Of a DNA stretch of 64,000 bases, positions 38,137 through 51,058 are shown one piece after another; the first letter of the stretch is position 1, and each line of letters begins with the position of its first letter. The notes under the pieces are model-generated. The model did no database searches, was not told the DNA's origin, and worked only from the letters and a program-made list of their open reading frames with translations. The stretch covers positions 74,679,545 through 74,743,544 of the forward strand of contig NC_068982.1 of NCBI RefSeq assembly GCF_001194135.2. The letters run 5' to 3'. Source of the stretch: Octopus bimaculoides (lineage: Eukaryota). Made by a program: the position numbers and the translations under genes.

Positions 38137-41100
38137 TAAGCTGTGGATCATAATTTGTTATGAAGTAATTCAGATTCAAATCTTGTTTCAACAACAGTAG
38201 CTATCTAATGTTTCAATTGTACCTTAAAGCCTGGCTTTTCAGTAAAACTATTTTTTTTAGAAAAATCAATTCTGTTGGTATCATTCTATCTTCAGTAGGT
38301 GATTGATGATGTAACAAATATATTCCTCACTTTACTAATGTAAGGCTGGTGGTTATGTGAATAGATCTAAATATTTATTTACAGGAATGTTTTAAAAAGC
38401 AAGTTAATGGCCCAGAGCAAATCTAATTTTATTTTCATTCAACAACTGGAATTTGAAAGTAGATTTAGGTAAACTCTAAATGCTATATTTATTCCAAGCG
38501 ATTATTAGTGTGTAGCCATCTGTTCTGAAACAATAGTTTGAATACTTATTGTTAAAATAGATTCACTAACGTTGCTAACCTTGAAGATATATTAACTTGC
38601 CTTTTCCCAATTGCTTTCATTGACTGGTATGCAGTTCTTACTCTTTAAATTTCTCTTTTATCTATGGTGCTACTGATTTTATTGCGAGATATCGAAGTTT
38701 TTTTTTTTTTTTTTTTTTTTTTTCCCCCCTCTCTAATGCAGCTGCAACATTATTTTATACAACAAAGGAAAGAAGTTAAATTCTAAGTTCTCTGATAGTA
38801 TATCCAGATATTATTCAAAGAAAACCAATTTTATTTCTCAATTAGTTTTTGAAATTTTTTCTTTGTCCCTCCCTCCCTTCACTCTCTCTCATGAATTACA
38901 AAATCACATGAGATTGCAAAAACTTCAAAATTCTTTTTAACTTTATTGCATTTTACTTCCTCTCTAGTTTTTTCCTGTCTGAAAAATATATGGTTTCATT
39001 TTACAGAACTTTGGTTAGACTTTCCTATATATTAGATTTACCTAACCATGGTTCTTTTTGTTTATTTATTTATTTATTTATTTTTAATTTGAACCAAATA
39101 ACTCTTATCTGTTAACTGAAGCAGACACGTTCAAGAATGTTGCCTTCCAAAACATCTTTATCCAAACTGCAGTCTTGTTTAATTTCAATTTCTGTGAATA
39201 TTTATTTTTGGCAGAATGTCATTTCCAGCAACCTACAAGACAAATAATCTTGTTTCCTCGCTTGTATCTAATATCACACCTTTGTTCAACATAACACCCT
39301 TTCCTCTACCCTTCTAGATAGCAGCACCAATATCAAGATTGAATGAACTTGTTGGCATTCACCACCTCCATTTGGTTGGGATGGGGACTATGTCTGAAGG
39401 TCATATATTGCAGCTAAAATGGCCTGTCAGTCTTCTAAGTCATCTATGATTCAGATGTGTCTGTATTTTTGTCATAACACAAAATTCAATAATTTAGATT
39501 TTTAAATTAACATCTCTTGTGTTTTCTTTGTCTATGAATGGATTTGAAAACAAAAGACATCATCATCATCATTTTATATTCATTTTCCATGATGGATGGT
39601 TTGAGCCAGAGGACTGTGCCAAACTCTGATAAATATTTTAAATCATACTGAAAGCAAATTGATATGTGTGTGCATGTACACAGACGCATGCAATGACCAA
39701 ATGATCAATATGTTTGCTGTGCAATCATGAAGTCTTTTGTCTCAGATCAGCCCAAATTTTGTGAGAGAAATTGTGTAGACAAAAACTGTGGGAGCCCATC
39801 AAACAGATTGTACCTGTAATTCAAAGGGCCAACCTTGTAAAACTGCAAATGTTTGTGGAATTTTCAACCACTTCCTCCTTTAATTCAATAAGTACATAGT
39901 TCAGGGTCATTTGATTGACCAATTTGAATACTTATTTTTAAAATTAAGAGATTCACATTTTCATTACAATTTTGCCTTCTGTATGTGTGTGTTTGTTTGT
40001 TTAGGTACACAGCTTAGGGTGTTTGAGGTCACAATCATAAGCCCATGGATCTGGTTCCTGGACTGAGTAGCACTTACCTTTGAGAAACGTATATCATTTC
40101 TTGCTGCTCCAGTCTACTTGGCTAAAAATGAGTGCCAGCTGACTGTCTGTTTCATCTCTCTCTCTCTTTCTCTCTGCCACGTCCTCAATGTTCCACTGAG
40201 TAGGAAGACTAAAAGGGTGTCTGTGCCTGCTTGAGATTACATGGACTCATAAAGCAAGCAAGAGTGTGGTACTTGCTACCAGGTCATACTTGCGAGTGAC
40301 AACTAACCTTTTTACAGTGTGTGTGCGTGCATGCATGTGTGTTTGCTTTTCAATTATTTCCACTTCTTATCCCTCCTTTTGTACCTTCTGTACATTGGTA
40401 TTGTGACCATACACTTTTCTGTCTATGATACACCACTACACAAACACACACGATTAGACTTTTCAGCCCTGTTTACAGCTTTTCAACATATTACAATTTC
40501 TTCTCCTAATATACAAACTTCTACTGTTCTTTCCATTAAAGGTCTCTTTAAAATGCTTACTTTTCTACAAAGTTCTATGAAAACCTGTAGAAAACTGTCC
40601 AAACAAATGGGGAAGTTGCCTGCCCTTGATATTTGAAGGAGCTACATGTTTAGCCATAATGCAATTTAGTCAGTTCAGTGACTGACTTGCTCTTCTGTTG
40701 AAGATGCATTCTAAAATATATCATTCACAAGTTAGAACACCATTCTAAGGTAGACAGACAAATACTTTGAATAGCAATTAGTTTTATCTCTATTAAATTC
40801 ATTCAACAAAATTCTCTCTCTCATTTTGCCTCTGACTACGGTTAAAATTTAATAATAATCACATACAACAACCATCTCTGTAATATATATATTTGTGACT
40901 AAACAAGATGATTTATTCTGAAACTTTGTTGGGTTTTTTTAAAGACTTATTTGGATATAAGTAGACACGGCCCCATTTTATATAACAGCAGATTCAATCT
41001 AAAAGATCTGTTTATTTCATATCATTTGAATAGTGGCTCACAGATTAAAGAATTCTTTCAAATCATATGAAATCTTACAGTTAGTGAAATTATCTTATCT

Positions 41101-41439
41101 GAGGTTCTAACACCACCATTGTCAGGCACCTTGGGTGTCTTTAGCAGAAACCATTCTGTTGCAAGCATTTGGACCTGATCTCTGATTTGGGGATACTGCC
41201 CTCCTTTCCTTCCACCAGTCTTGGAAACTCTGTAACAGATTATGGGCACTACCTTCATTCCTGACTAAAAGATTTTGAAAAACGATTGTTGAGATATTAC
41301 TTTACACTATATTTCTTTAGTAAACTTTGGTTTATCAACCGTTATTTTACAAATTTCGCTGCTTCTCCTCACTTAATAACCACTCACTCAGATTAGACCC
41401 TATTCTGGCCATAAGATTTTATATATATATTATAGACAC

Positions 41440-41835
41440 AGGTGTGGCTATGTGATTAAGAAGCTTGCTTTCCAGCCAGTGAGTCCTGGATTCAGTCCGA
41501 CTGTGTGGCATCTTGGGCAACTGTCTTCTCTGGCCCTGGGCCAACCAAATCCTTGTAAGTTGATATGGTAGACAGAAACTAAAAGAAGCCTGTGGTGTGT
41601 GCGTGTGTCTCCTTGACATTATGTGATTGTTGTAAAGCAAGTGTCATCATCATACAAGCAGTATTCTTTGTTTCCAATCTTCCATGAAAACATGTCCAGC
41701 CATGGAGAAATATAAACTTACTTGGAAACAGGTGAGAGTTTGTGACAGGAGGGGAATCTAACCATAGAAAATCTGCCTCAAGAAACTCCATCTAACCTGT
41801 GCAAGCATAGGGAAGTGAACCTTAAAATGATGACG
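41440..41835 (+). mobile_element. SINE family 1, long form (tail-only copy about 42250-42470)
   Basis: Head through (ATG)n tail. Confidence 0.8.
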
Positions 41836-43599
41836 ATGATATATTTATAGTCCATCAAATCTTTGTTTTGAAAGGGTTAAGTTGGGTTAATATTTGGCTA
41901 CACTTAGATTTACACAGGCTTTTGCATTTATTATATTTTCCAACACTGTTCTCGTACATACACTCACACACACATTCATACATAATGTATGATTTAGTTA
42001 GTCATTGTTTATTTGAAAAGTAGATGGTCCAGGTAATGGACAGTATTCATCTCAACTAGGAAGTACATCACCTGTTACCTTCAACTAAACTTGCTTTTGC
42101 TGTTAACAAAAAATAGTCTTATTCCTCCTCCCCACCTCTCCCCAGTGATACATTTACTCTGACCTTATATGGTATGGTGATTTCTATATCTGGATACATG
42201 CCTGAGTTGTCAGTGTTTTTAGTAGTACATGTTTAATATGTGCTTGTCTAGACATCACGTGATGGTTGTAAATTAGCATTATTGTCAAACAAGCAAGGTT
42301 GTTCGTCTCCAATCTAAACATGTCTGAGTATGGGAAAAGGTTACCTTGCTTGAAAACAAGTGAGTGTTGGTGACAGGAAGGGCATCCAGCTGTACAAACT
42401 TTGTTTCAACAAATTCCATCCAATCCATGCAAGTATGAAAAAGTGGACTTTAAATGATGATGATGATTTCACTTATTCAGATGTATGTAATTAATTGTAC
42501 TTATATAAGTATGATTATTAACCAATTAATCCTCTAATTATCATAACTAAAACGATGCACTTAACATTTAGTTAATAATATTATTTGTCTATATTGTATG
42601 TATGTATGTATGTATGTATTCTCAATAATTATTATTTGTAATTAAGGTACAAGGTCAGTAATTTGGAAGAGGGGTTTAGTCACTACCAATAACCTTAGTA
42701 CTCTATCAAACCTGAAAGAACAAAAGTAAAATTGACTTAGATGGTATCTGAACTCGGAATGTTAAGTTTTGGGAGAAATGCTGCAAGGTATTTTTTTTTC
42801 CCCATGTTCTAATGTGTCTGCCAGCTTGTCATGTTAATCTATGCTCCATCATTATGGTCTTAATTCAAATTTCTGCTGAAATAGTTTCTATACGGTTGCT
42901 AGATCTAGTAGAAATAACCCTCAGATCTCACCTTACCAGCTTGTATAGGAACAGAACACATTAGATAATTATAATCCTACTTGCCCCCAAAACATGTAGT
43001 GGTCATAGTTGATATGCTGATATATGTTTGGTTATAACTCTGGTCAGAGTTAGGTGTTCTCACAACTACACTGTATCTCCACTACTTTCCTCTGCTTATA
43101 TGTACAGTCCACTCTTACTACTCTTTTCTCAACATCTGTAACAAATAACTTTTAGTCACTTTGATTTTACTGAACTTTCCTCCTCCACACACACCCACAC
43201 TTGCTCTCGTCATGCACTCAGTTGTCACATGCAGAAACTTACCTAGACACAAGCTGAAGGAGTTTGTATATGTTTACTCAACCTGCTAGAAATAGCGGCC
43301 AGATTACACCCTGCTATCTTAAAAACATGAAGAACACATTCAATGCTATAGATATACAAAAAGATTGGATGGTCCCAGCTAAAATACCTCTAATCATACA
43401 TAAGCCTATTCATTCAGGTTATCTGTGGGTTAAACAACAACTTACCTGTGTGTTCTTCCTATCCTTGTGAATTTGCTACAGCTAGTATCTAGCCACCACC
43501 AAAGTCTTTTCTTTCTCTGTTCCTCTTTTTTTTTTCTTTTTTCTTTCTGCTGTCTCTTCAACTTTCTTAAATCAAGGACATGTATCTCAACTTTGTTTA

Positions 43600-45400
43600 T
43601 AAGTCATCGTTCTCAATCACTTTAAAGTACATAACTGTTCTTATTGCTTGCACTCTTCCTTCACCCATTGCTACTAATACTGTGACTGAATATTATGTGA
43701 AATTGAATAGTCTACGTCAGCTAGTCTCCTCACTCACTTGTATCCCTGACTGACACACCAACTCCAAACACTTGTGACATCATTCTTGTTTCTAAACCCA
43801 GTATGCATCTTGCCATACATAAGTCTCTTCCATCTACTGAATCACATGATCAATGCTTACTTAAAACCATCCTCACTGACATCAGCCACCCATAAGACAC
43901 TTAAGTGAATGACTGATATCCTCACTCTAAGTGTGTGTGTCTCTTCACAACTCTTATGCACCTAAGTCCACAACTCCAAAATAAGTCTGCAGTTCCCCTG
44001 CAGCTGCTTAGCAGAAATACAGGCAAAGAATGCTGATTGCAAGTTAAACTACCAAGAAAGAAAATATCTTTGTACCTCACATGGCCTGTAAGCCTTATAC
44101 CTCATGTAACTTGTAAGTTATTTTGCACCTCAAATTTCAAATAAAAGTCATCATGTTTCCTGCCCTGGGCAGGTTGGTATTGGAAAGGTTAACTAACTGG
44201 TCCTGAGATTGTTCCTTCTATTATCATGAAACTACTTGCTACAGCTAGTACCTTACTTCCATCGCATTCTTTAATCTTTTTATCTCTACAAACCCTACCA
44301 CCACATCACCAATCCATGAATATGTGCAACAGTGTGTCCCATCCACAAGAAGAGTGAATTTTCTGACTCTGCCCAACTAACTTAATAGAAACAGTTATGA
44401 AAATCATCCACTTAATTTTATCACCTCAAGTTTTTTTGCTTTCTCAGCAGTCACAAATACAATTTCCAAACTTTGATCTACCATCCAACATTGCACACCA
44501 CTATCTCCTCTCAATATTGTTTCCTTTGACATTAACAAAGGCCTCGATTATGTCTGACACAAGAACCATGTAACAGTACTGATTATGGGTCCCATCTATT
44601 CCTTTGGTCTTGGATCTGAAGTTTCCTATTAAATCTCTCCCTCGCAATATTTACCAGTGGTGCTCACTCTGTCCCACATTCTGTCATCTCAGGAGTATCT
44701 TTAGGATTGTGTTTCATACAATAATGATGTTTCACGGAGATGATACCACCTTTCCCTGCACCTTAACTCTCTTCACACAAAGCATGGACATCTAATGTCA
44801 GACTTGTAGTTTCCATGAGCAAAGACCTTGAAAACAACCTTCAGCATAGATATGAAAAGTTAACACTCTTTGTCACCATATTTCTGCTGAAATACACTGC
44901 CTTTTTCTGCATTTTGGAAATCATGGGTTTAGTAAAATAACAGCTAATTTTTGGAGCATAAATTTAAAATGAAATTTTAATGCAAGTTTTTCTTAGATCA
45001 CTTTAAAAGATGAAATTTGTATTATAGACTCAGGGCAGCCTTGGGTTGGTTCATATCAAAAAGACTAATCTCTTTTCACACTGCACATATAAAGGAAATA
45101 TCTCCCAAACATTACACCTTCCTCAGTGATAACACATAGCTAAAAACCTTCAACTTTAAGCAAACATTAAGCCTCATGGTCTATAATAATCTTAGATGAC
45201 CAACAGCATTATCAAACCTACATCTCAAGATTTGATGACCACTTCAACCTTGAACAATTAAATATTAGTTTTCTTTAAAGTGTACATGTTACTTACACTG
45301 GGGCCCTGCACACATATTTGGCACTATGCAACTGCTAAATATACAGCATCCTAGACAGCAAGCAAAGTAAATGACCATCTGGCTGATTGTCAAAGCCTTA
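43600..45400 (+). mobile_element. Highly decayed LINE (CR1/L2/Jockey-group) ORF2 remnant
   Basis: Frameshifted RT motifs: VISGVSLG (about VTSGVPQG) and HGDDTT (about YADDT) at about 44680-44730; AFD-like and PT..NTxD-like segments upstream; C/A-rich strand bias. Confidence 0.6.
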
Positions 45401-46748
45401 CTAATCAACTACAACCAATAGTCCATGCAAACACTATTTCTTCTTTCTGTCTCTTTTACCTTTTCTCTAATGTTTGCTTCTCCTCCAGGAGTTCAGGCTG
45501 AAAATAAACCTGATCAACTTGACATGTTTTGTGAGGCCTGCAAAACCAGTTCTAAATAATAATAATAATAGATATTTCTCTGTATTATAGGCACAAGGCC
45601 TGAAATTGGGGCAGGGGGTTAATCACATTAAGTCAACACCCAGTGTTCAATTGGTACATATTTCATCAACCTCATAGGAATTTAAACTCAGAATGTAGAG
45701 ACAGAATAAATGCCACAAAGCGTTTTGCCCAGCACAGTAACTATTCTGCAAACTCACTACCTTACTGTACTTATTTTATCAATTACCAGTTGGAGCACTC
45801 TGTGAGATAAGTCCAGTTGTTAATAGTAATAATAATAATAACTGTTTCAAATTTAGGCTAAGGCCAACAATTTAGAGGGGAGAGTGTTAGGTGTAGTTCG
45901 TTGATTGCATTAACCTCAGTACTTGACTGGTCCTTATTTTATCAACTTCAAAAAGGACAAAAGACAAAGTTGTTCTTGACAGTATTTGAACTTGGGCTGT
46001 AAAAGCCAGAAAAAATGCCACTAAGCATGTTTTTTAATGCTCTAATGATTCTGCCAATTCACCAACATACCAATATTAATAAGTTTTCCCAGTAAAAATA
46101 ATAGTTTTTAAAGAGTAAAGAAACATTATTTATGAACTTCCTGCTCCTAGTAATTCTTTGTATGGATTCTATCAATTGTAAAGAAGGATTTAATAAATTC
46201 CCCTTTTTCTAAATTTAATTTGTGTAGTAATCTTTGCTACAGCTTTTCTTCTACCCTACTACTGTCTCTCTCTCTCTCTCCACTCCACTTAATGGCAAGG
46301 ACTAGAAAAACCAGCAGAATCAATATTGCTGTAATGTTCAATGTCCATTAATTTGGCAGCTAAGAATGGTGTTGCTATCTTCAAGTTTTGTGTTGCATAA
46401 GAGAAAGAAATGACCTTGTTTTCTACTCTAAAGGTCATTATTCAGCTATTTCAGATTTCTAATTATGGAGTATTTTATGAGAGTTTCATTTCTCTTTCTA
46501 ATGTGTTTGAAATCTTGCTATGGATGTGTGTCTGCTCTCTTCCTCCTTTTTTCCCCCTTTCTCTTTCACTTTGTCTTCATATATATATATATATATACAC
46601 ACACACAGACACGCACAAAATATGCACAATTTGAAGTTGTGTGAGTAACAAATTTTTATTTTCTACAGGAAATAAAATAAAAGACTGATTTCTGAAATGA
46701 TCCACTTTAACTTCTTTCCATCACTCTTTGTTCACTCTTATCTATATC

Positions 46749-46782
<34 letters not shown>

Positions 46783-47124
46783 TTTCAGTTGAATATGATA
46801 ATTTATTATTCATAAGCATTGTTTTATTTTCTATAGTTAACATATGTCTCTCTGATTCTACTTACAATGATAATTTCAATGTTGAAGTCATTTTTGTTCA
46901 TGTTGATTGGGTTTCAATGCAATTTGCAGCTGCTTTATTTCATGTTTATTAGAGTTTGTTTTTATAAAAATCATCATTTAATGACGTCGAGAGCCCTCCA
47001 AGATATCGCATCTTGTACTGCAGATAAATTTTCAAGAAAATGTTTATTCGTAGTTATTTAACATTAAATTCTCTTCTTTTTTCAATGAAATGTAATTAAT
47101 ATAGAATGTAATGATTGTTAGAAT

Positions 47125-47735
47125 TATTAGGTGCAGGCATGGCTACATGGTTTGCAACTACATGGTTTTGTGTTCAGTCCTACTATGCAACATCTTAATT
47201 CTCTTCTTTTATGACCCTGGGCTTAGCAATTCTTTAGTGAATTTGGTTGGTAGAAATTATATAAGGAATCCTAATATGTATACATTCGTGTTTGTGTTCA
47301 TCCCCCATCACCACTTCATAACCAGTGTTGGTTTGTTTAATAAGTGCCAGACTTAAGTACTGGGGTTGAATTGTTCACCAAGGACTGCAATACCTTGATG
47401 GAAGCTAGGTTAAGGAGTTCAGAAGGTGTACGTATGCATTTATGTATAGGCTATTCAAGTGAATCATTAAACCAGACATGTTTACTTGGAAAACTGGAAA
47501 TGAATTACACCATTTATATGACAGTGACACTTGTTTGCAGCTATTGTGCAATGTTAAGTCAAAGAGACACTCACATACATGCAACAGGCTTCTTTCAGTG
47601 TCCATCTAATAAATCTGCTAACAAGGCTTTGGCCAGACCAGAAGACACTTGCTCAAGGTGCCATGCAATGGGACCGAACCCAAAACCACATAGTTGGAAG
47701 TGAACTTTTTAACCACACAGCCATGCTGGCATGGG
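47125..47735. mobile_element. Convergent SINE family 1 pair (+ about 47125-47400; - about 47440-47735)
   Basis: Family motifs in opposite orientations. Confidence 0.7.
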
Positions 47736-47740
47736 TTGGA

Positions 47741-47780
<40 letters not shown>

Positions 47781-48689
47781 TGTATATATGGGACTTCATT
47801 TTCCAATGTAGCCATTCCTAATTTAAAACAGAGTATGATGTGTGGAAAATTTGGTCGCTATGACTAACAGTTTGCATGAAACCTACCTACATTGACCTGA
47901 GATAAACTTTGGTTTTGTTGCACACACTCAGATCAGTTGTAGTTAAAAATTGATAAATGGTGTTCCATTTGTGACATTCTCATCTTTTGTATATCAGGAA
48001 CTGTATTGTTTGCTCTAGCCTTTATTTAAGGCTGTGATTTGTGAGAGTTTTTGTTGCTATCTTCAGCAGGTGGAGCAGTCATGTGTCAGCAGCCATCCAA
48101 AAAAGTCTGCAAATAAACCATATTTCTGCCTTCTCTTTCCTTTCATGTAAGAGAGCTTTAAACCATTTAACAGATGTAAAATTGTAGAAAAACAAAACAA
48201 ATATTTAGAATTTTGCCATTTAAGTTAGTTTTTTAATTTGAAATAATTATTTCCTCTTTTTATTAATTTGTTTAACTGTAAATATATTTCTACATGTTAT
48301 AAGGCCATTTTCCAAAGGCTAAAATAGCTCAATTCTAATTGAAATTGCTGTAGTTTGATTATACTTGGTTAGGGAAGGTAAAAGAAGAGCTTTTTTTTTT
48401 CAATCACATTTATACTTATATGTTATAACATGTAAAAGGAGTAGTCTCTTTCCATACAGTCTCTAAATTATGATCTACATATGATAACAAAAGTAATAAC
48501 ACAGTGTTATGAATAAATGTGTATTCAGATATCATGTTTATATTTAATAGATATGTATTTAGGCTTGCAAGATTAGTCTAGTTTTGTTTTTCATTATGTC
48601 CATCATAGATAACTTACATCACTTCCCACATACAAAAATTAAGAAGATATATGTATCATGTAAATAAATTATTATTACTAGTGTAAAGA

Positions 48690-49035
48690 CATATAATGGT
48701 TTACTTCTTGATTGCATGGTTTGGGGTTCAGTTCCACTGTGTGATATCTTGAGCAATTGTTCACTATTGTGAGTGGATTTGGTAGGCAGAAAGAAGTCTT
48801 GTGTTTATGCATGTCTCCTTGTCTTGACATCACATGATAGTTATAAATGAGTGTCAACTGTCATACAAGCAGTGTCATTCATTTCTAATATTCTGAAAGA
48901 TTGTCTGGCTATGGTAAAATATTACCTTGCTAATTGAGGGTTGGCAAAAGGAAGAGCGTCTGGCCATAGAAAATCTCCCTCAATAAACTCCATCCATCCC
49001 ATGTAAACACAAGCAAAGGGGTCATTAAAATATGA
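48690..49035 (+). mobile_element. SINE family 1, long form (another - copy about 49810-50070)
   Basis: Family motifs. Confidence 0.7.
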
Positions 49036-49869
49036 TGTTCCAAGTTGGTGGCCAGAATTTAATAACAAAAGTGTGTTTATGAAAATCTGAAATCATACAG
49101 TATATTTAGTCTTGTCAAAGTATATATATTTAACTTTTTTGTTACCAACCCATCTGGGGCTACCTCTGATTCTATAATATAAACTTCCTGTTTTAAAGTG
49201 GGCTTAATTTTAAAACTAACCATCAAACTTTCATCTTGAATTCCAAACACCAGCTTAATAACAACTACCAAATTCTTCATCATTTTCAAAGCTGACAAGA
49301 GCAAAGAAAATATTTTTCAACATAAATATAAATAAGCTAACATTGTATAAGATTCTCACACACTCAAAAGAACATTTAACTTCAAATTGTGTAGTAACAG
49401 AAGTTGCAGTTTTATTCTTCATGACTTAGAGGTGAGGACATCATCATGACATAGTCTCCACGACTAGTGGAAGGAAGTTGTCCGCAGTCTAGGAACCTGG
49501 CCAAATGCATATCACAGAGAGGGCTCTGCTAAGGAGACTCAAGGATCACAAGTGATGTTAAACCAGGTGACAGATGTGTTTAATGATAAAAGCAAGATAA
49601 AATGGTAATGTTACAAAACATTACCAAATATTTATTTTGGGTTTTTGTTTCAAAATAAAATTATGGAAATGTAACTGATTTCATCAATTTTTAGGGTTAA
49701 TTGTTACGATCTGGTCGCTTAATTTCACTTCAAAGTCTAGTGAAGATGAGATTTAGTACCCCTATATTCCTTATTACACCGGTATATTCCTTAATGCTAA
49801 TTTCCTCCCTGTCCTTTACAACTATCACATGATGTCAAGATAAGGGAGCACAAACATCACATTCACATA

Positions 49870-49953
<84 letters not shown>

Positions 49954-50358
49954 CACTATGGTTCACCAGAGGTTATAGTAAAAGACACTTGTCCGAGGTA
50001 CCATGCAGTAGGATTGAGCCTAAAACCATAGGTTGGGAAGCAAACTTCTTACCCACACAGCCACATCCATGTCTTACTATTAATCTACATTCCTGAATGC
50101 TAATTTAGTATCTCTATATTCCTTAATGCTTGTTGATTGATATAACTGTGCCCTATCAACTTGAAACAGAAGGCCAAACAGTTCCAAGTGATTTGGCAAA
50201 GATAGATAAATTAGTAGACTTTAGAACCTGTTCTATGAACTATTTCAGCCTATTGAGGTTTGTGTAAATTCTGTTGTCAGCTGTATACTTCTCTCTTTCT
50301 CTCTCTCTTTATATATATATATATAATGGAATTGTATTTTGGTTGAAGTTTGCTTATA

Positions 50359-50572
50359 CCTTTTGATGCCAACCCACCCAAGACTGCTCTTGGTTCTAAG
50401 ATACAAACTATTTGAAAGTGATCTAAATTTTAACCTTACATCAAATTTTCATGTTAAATTCTGTTCCTAACACTAGCTTAATAATGACAAAGTCTTTTAA
50501 CTAAATTCATTATTTTCAAAAATTAATTGAAATAAAAAGGAGTGTTTCAACAGACAGATGGTAACAAAAGAG
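50359..50572 (+). mobile_element. MITE family A copy (further copies about 29275-29332, 44870-45060, 49135-49310, 51630-51820, 60470-60600)
   Basis: ccttttgatgccaacc ... ggtaacaaaagag-TTAA. Confidence 0.65.
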
Positions 50573-50818
50573 TTAAAAAAGCTAAATTTTAAAAAAGATT
50601 TGAAAAAATGGGTGTGGAGGAAATGGTGGTTTTCAGATTATAATATAAATCCAATACCCACACATACTGACCTGATATTGCTAACAACCAGTAAAATCCT
50701 AATTTTAAAATTGTATCATATTTTGTGGCATAAAAGATACACAAGCATAGATGCATCCCAATTTCAACTGTGCATATTCAGGAAAAAAGGCTTCTTGTGT
50801 GTTAAAGCATGTAATATG

Positions 50819-51058
50819 CAGTCATGGCCAAAAGTTTGGAACATAAGTTTGAAAATTAAAATTTTCATATTAAATGCCCAAAGTTATATTTAATTTGTGA
50901 CACATTATTACTTGGCCAAGAGTTTGGAACATAGGTCTGAAAATTAGAATTTTTATTTTAAATGCCAAAATATATACATTCTATATATTTGAATTGAATT
51001 GTACTTCAGCATAACAATTTAAATTTTTTTCTAAATGTTCCAAACTGTTGGCCCAACT
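50819..51058. mobile_element. Tc1-type non-autonomous remnant with duplicated left end
   Basis: cagtcatggccaaaagtttggaacat (50819), repeated at about 50912; inverted copy atgttccaaactgttggcc at about 51035-51053. Confidence 0.55.

Noticed and set aside
39318-39399. Possible exon IAAPISRLNELVG... with phase 0 to 1
   Set aside because: Weak donor (GTCATA); chaining it to other candidates would be overfitting.
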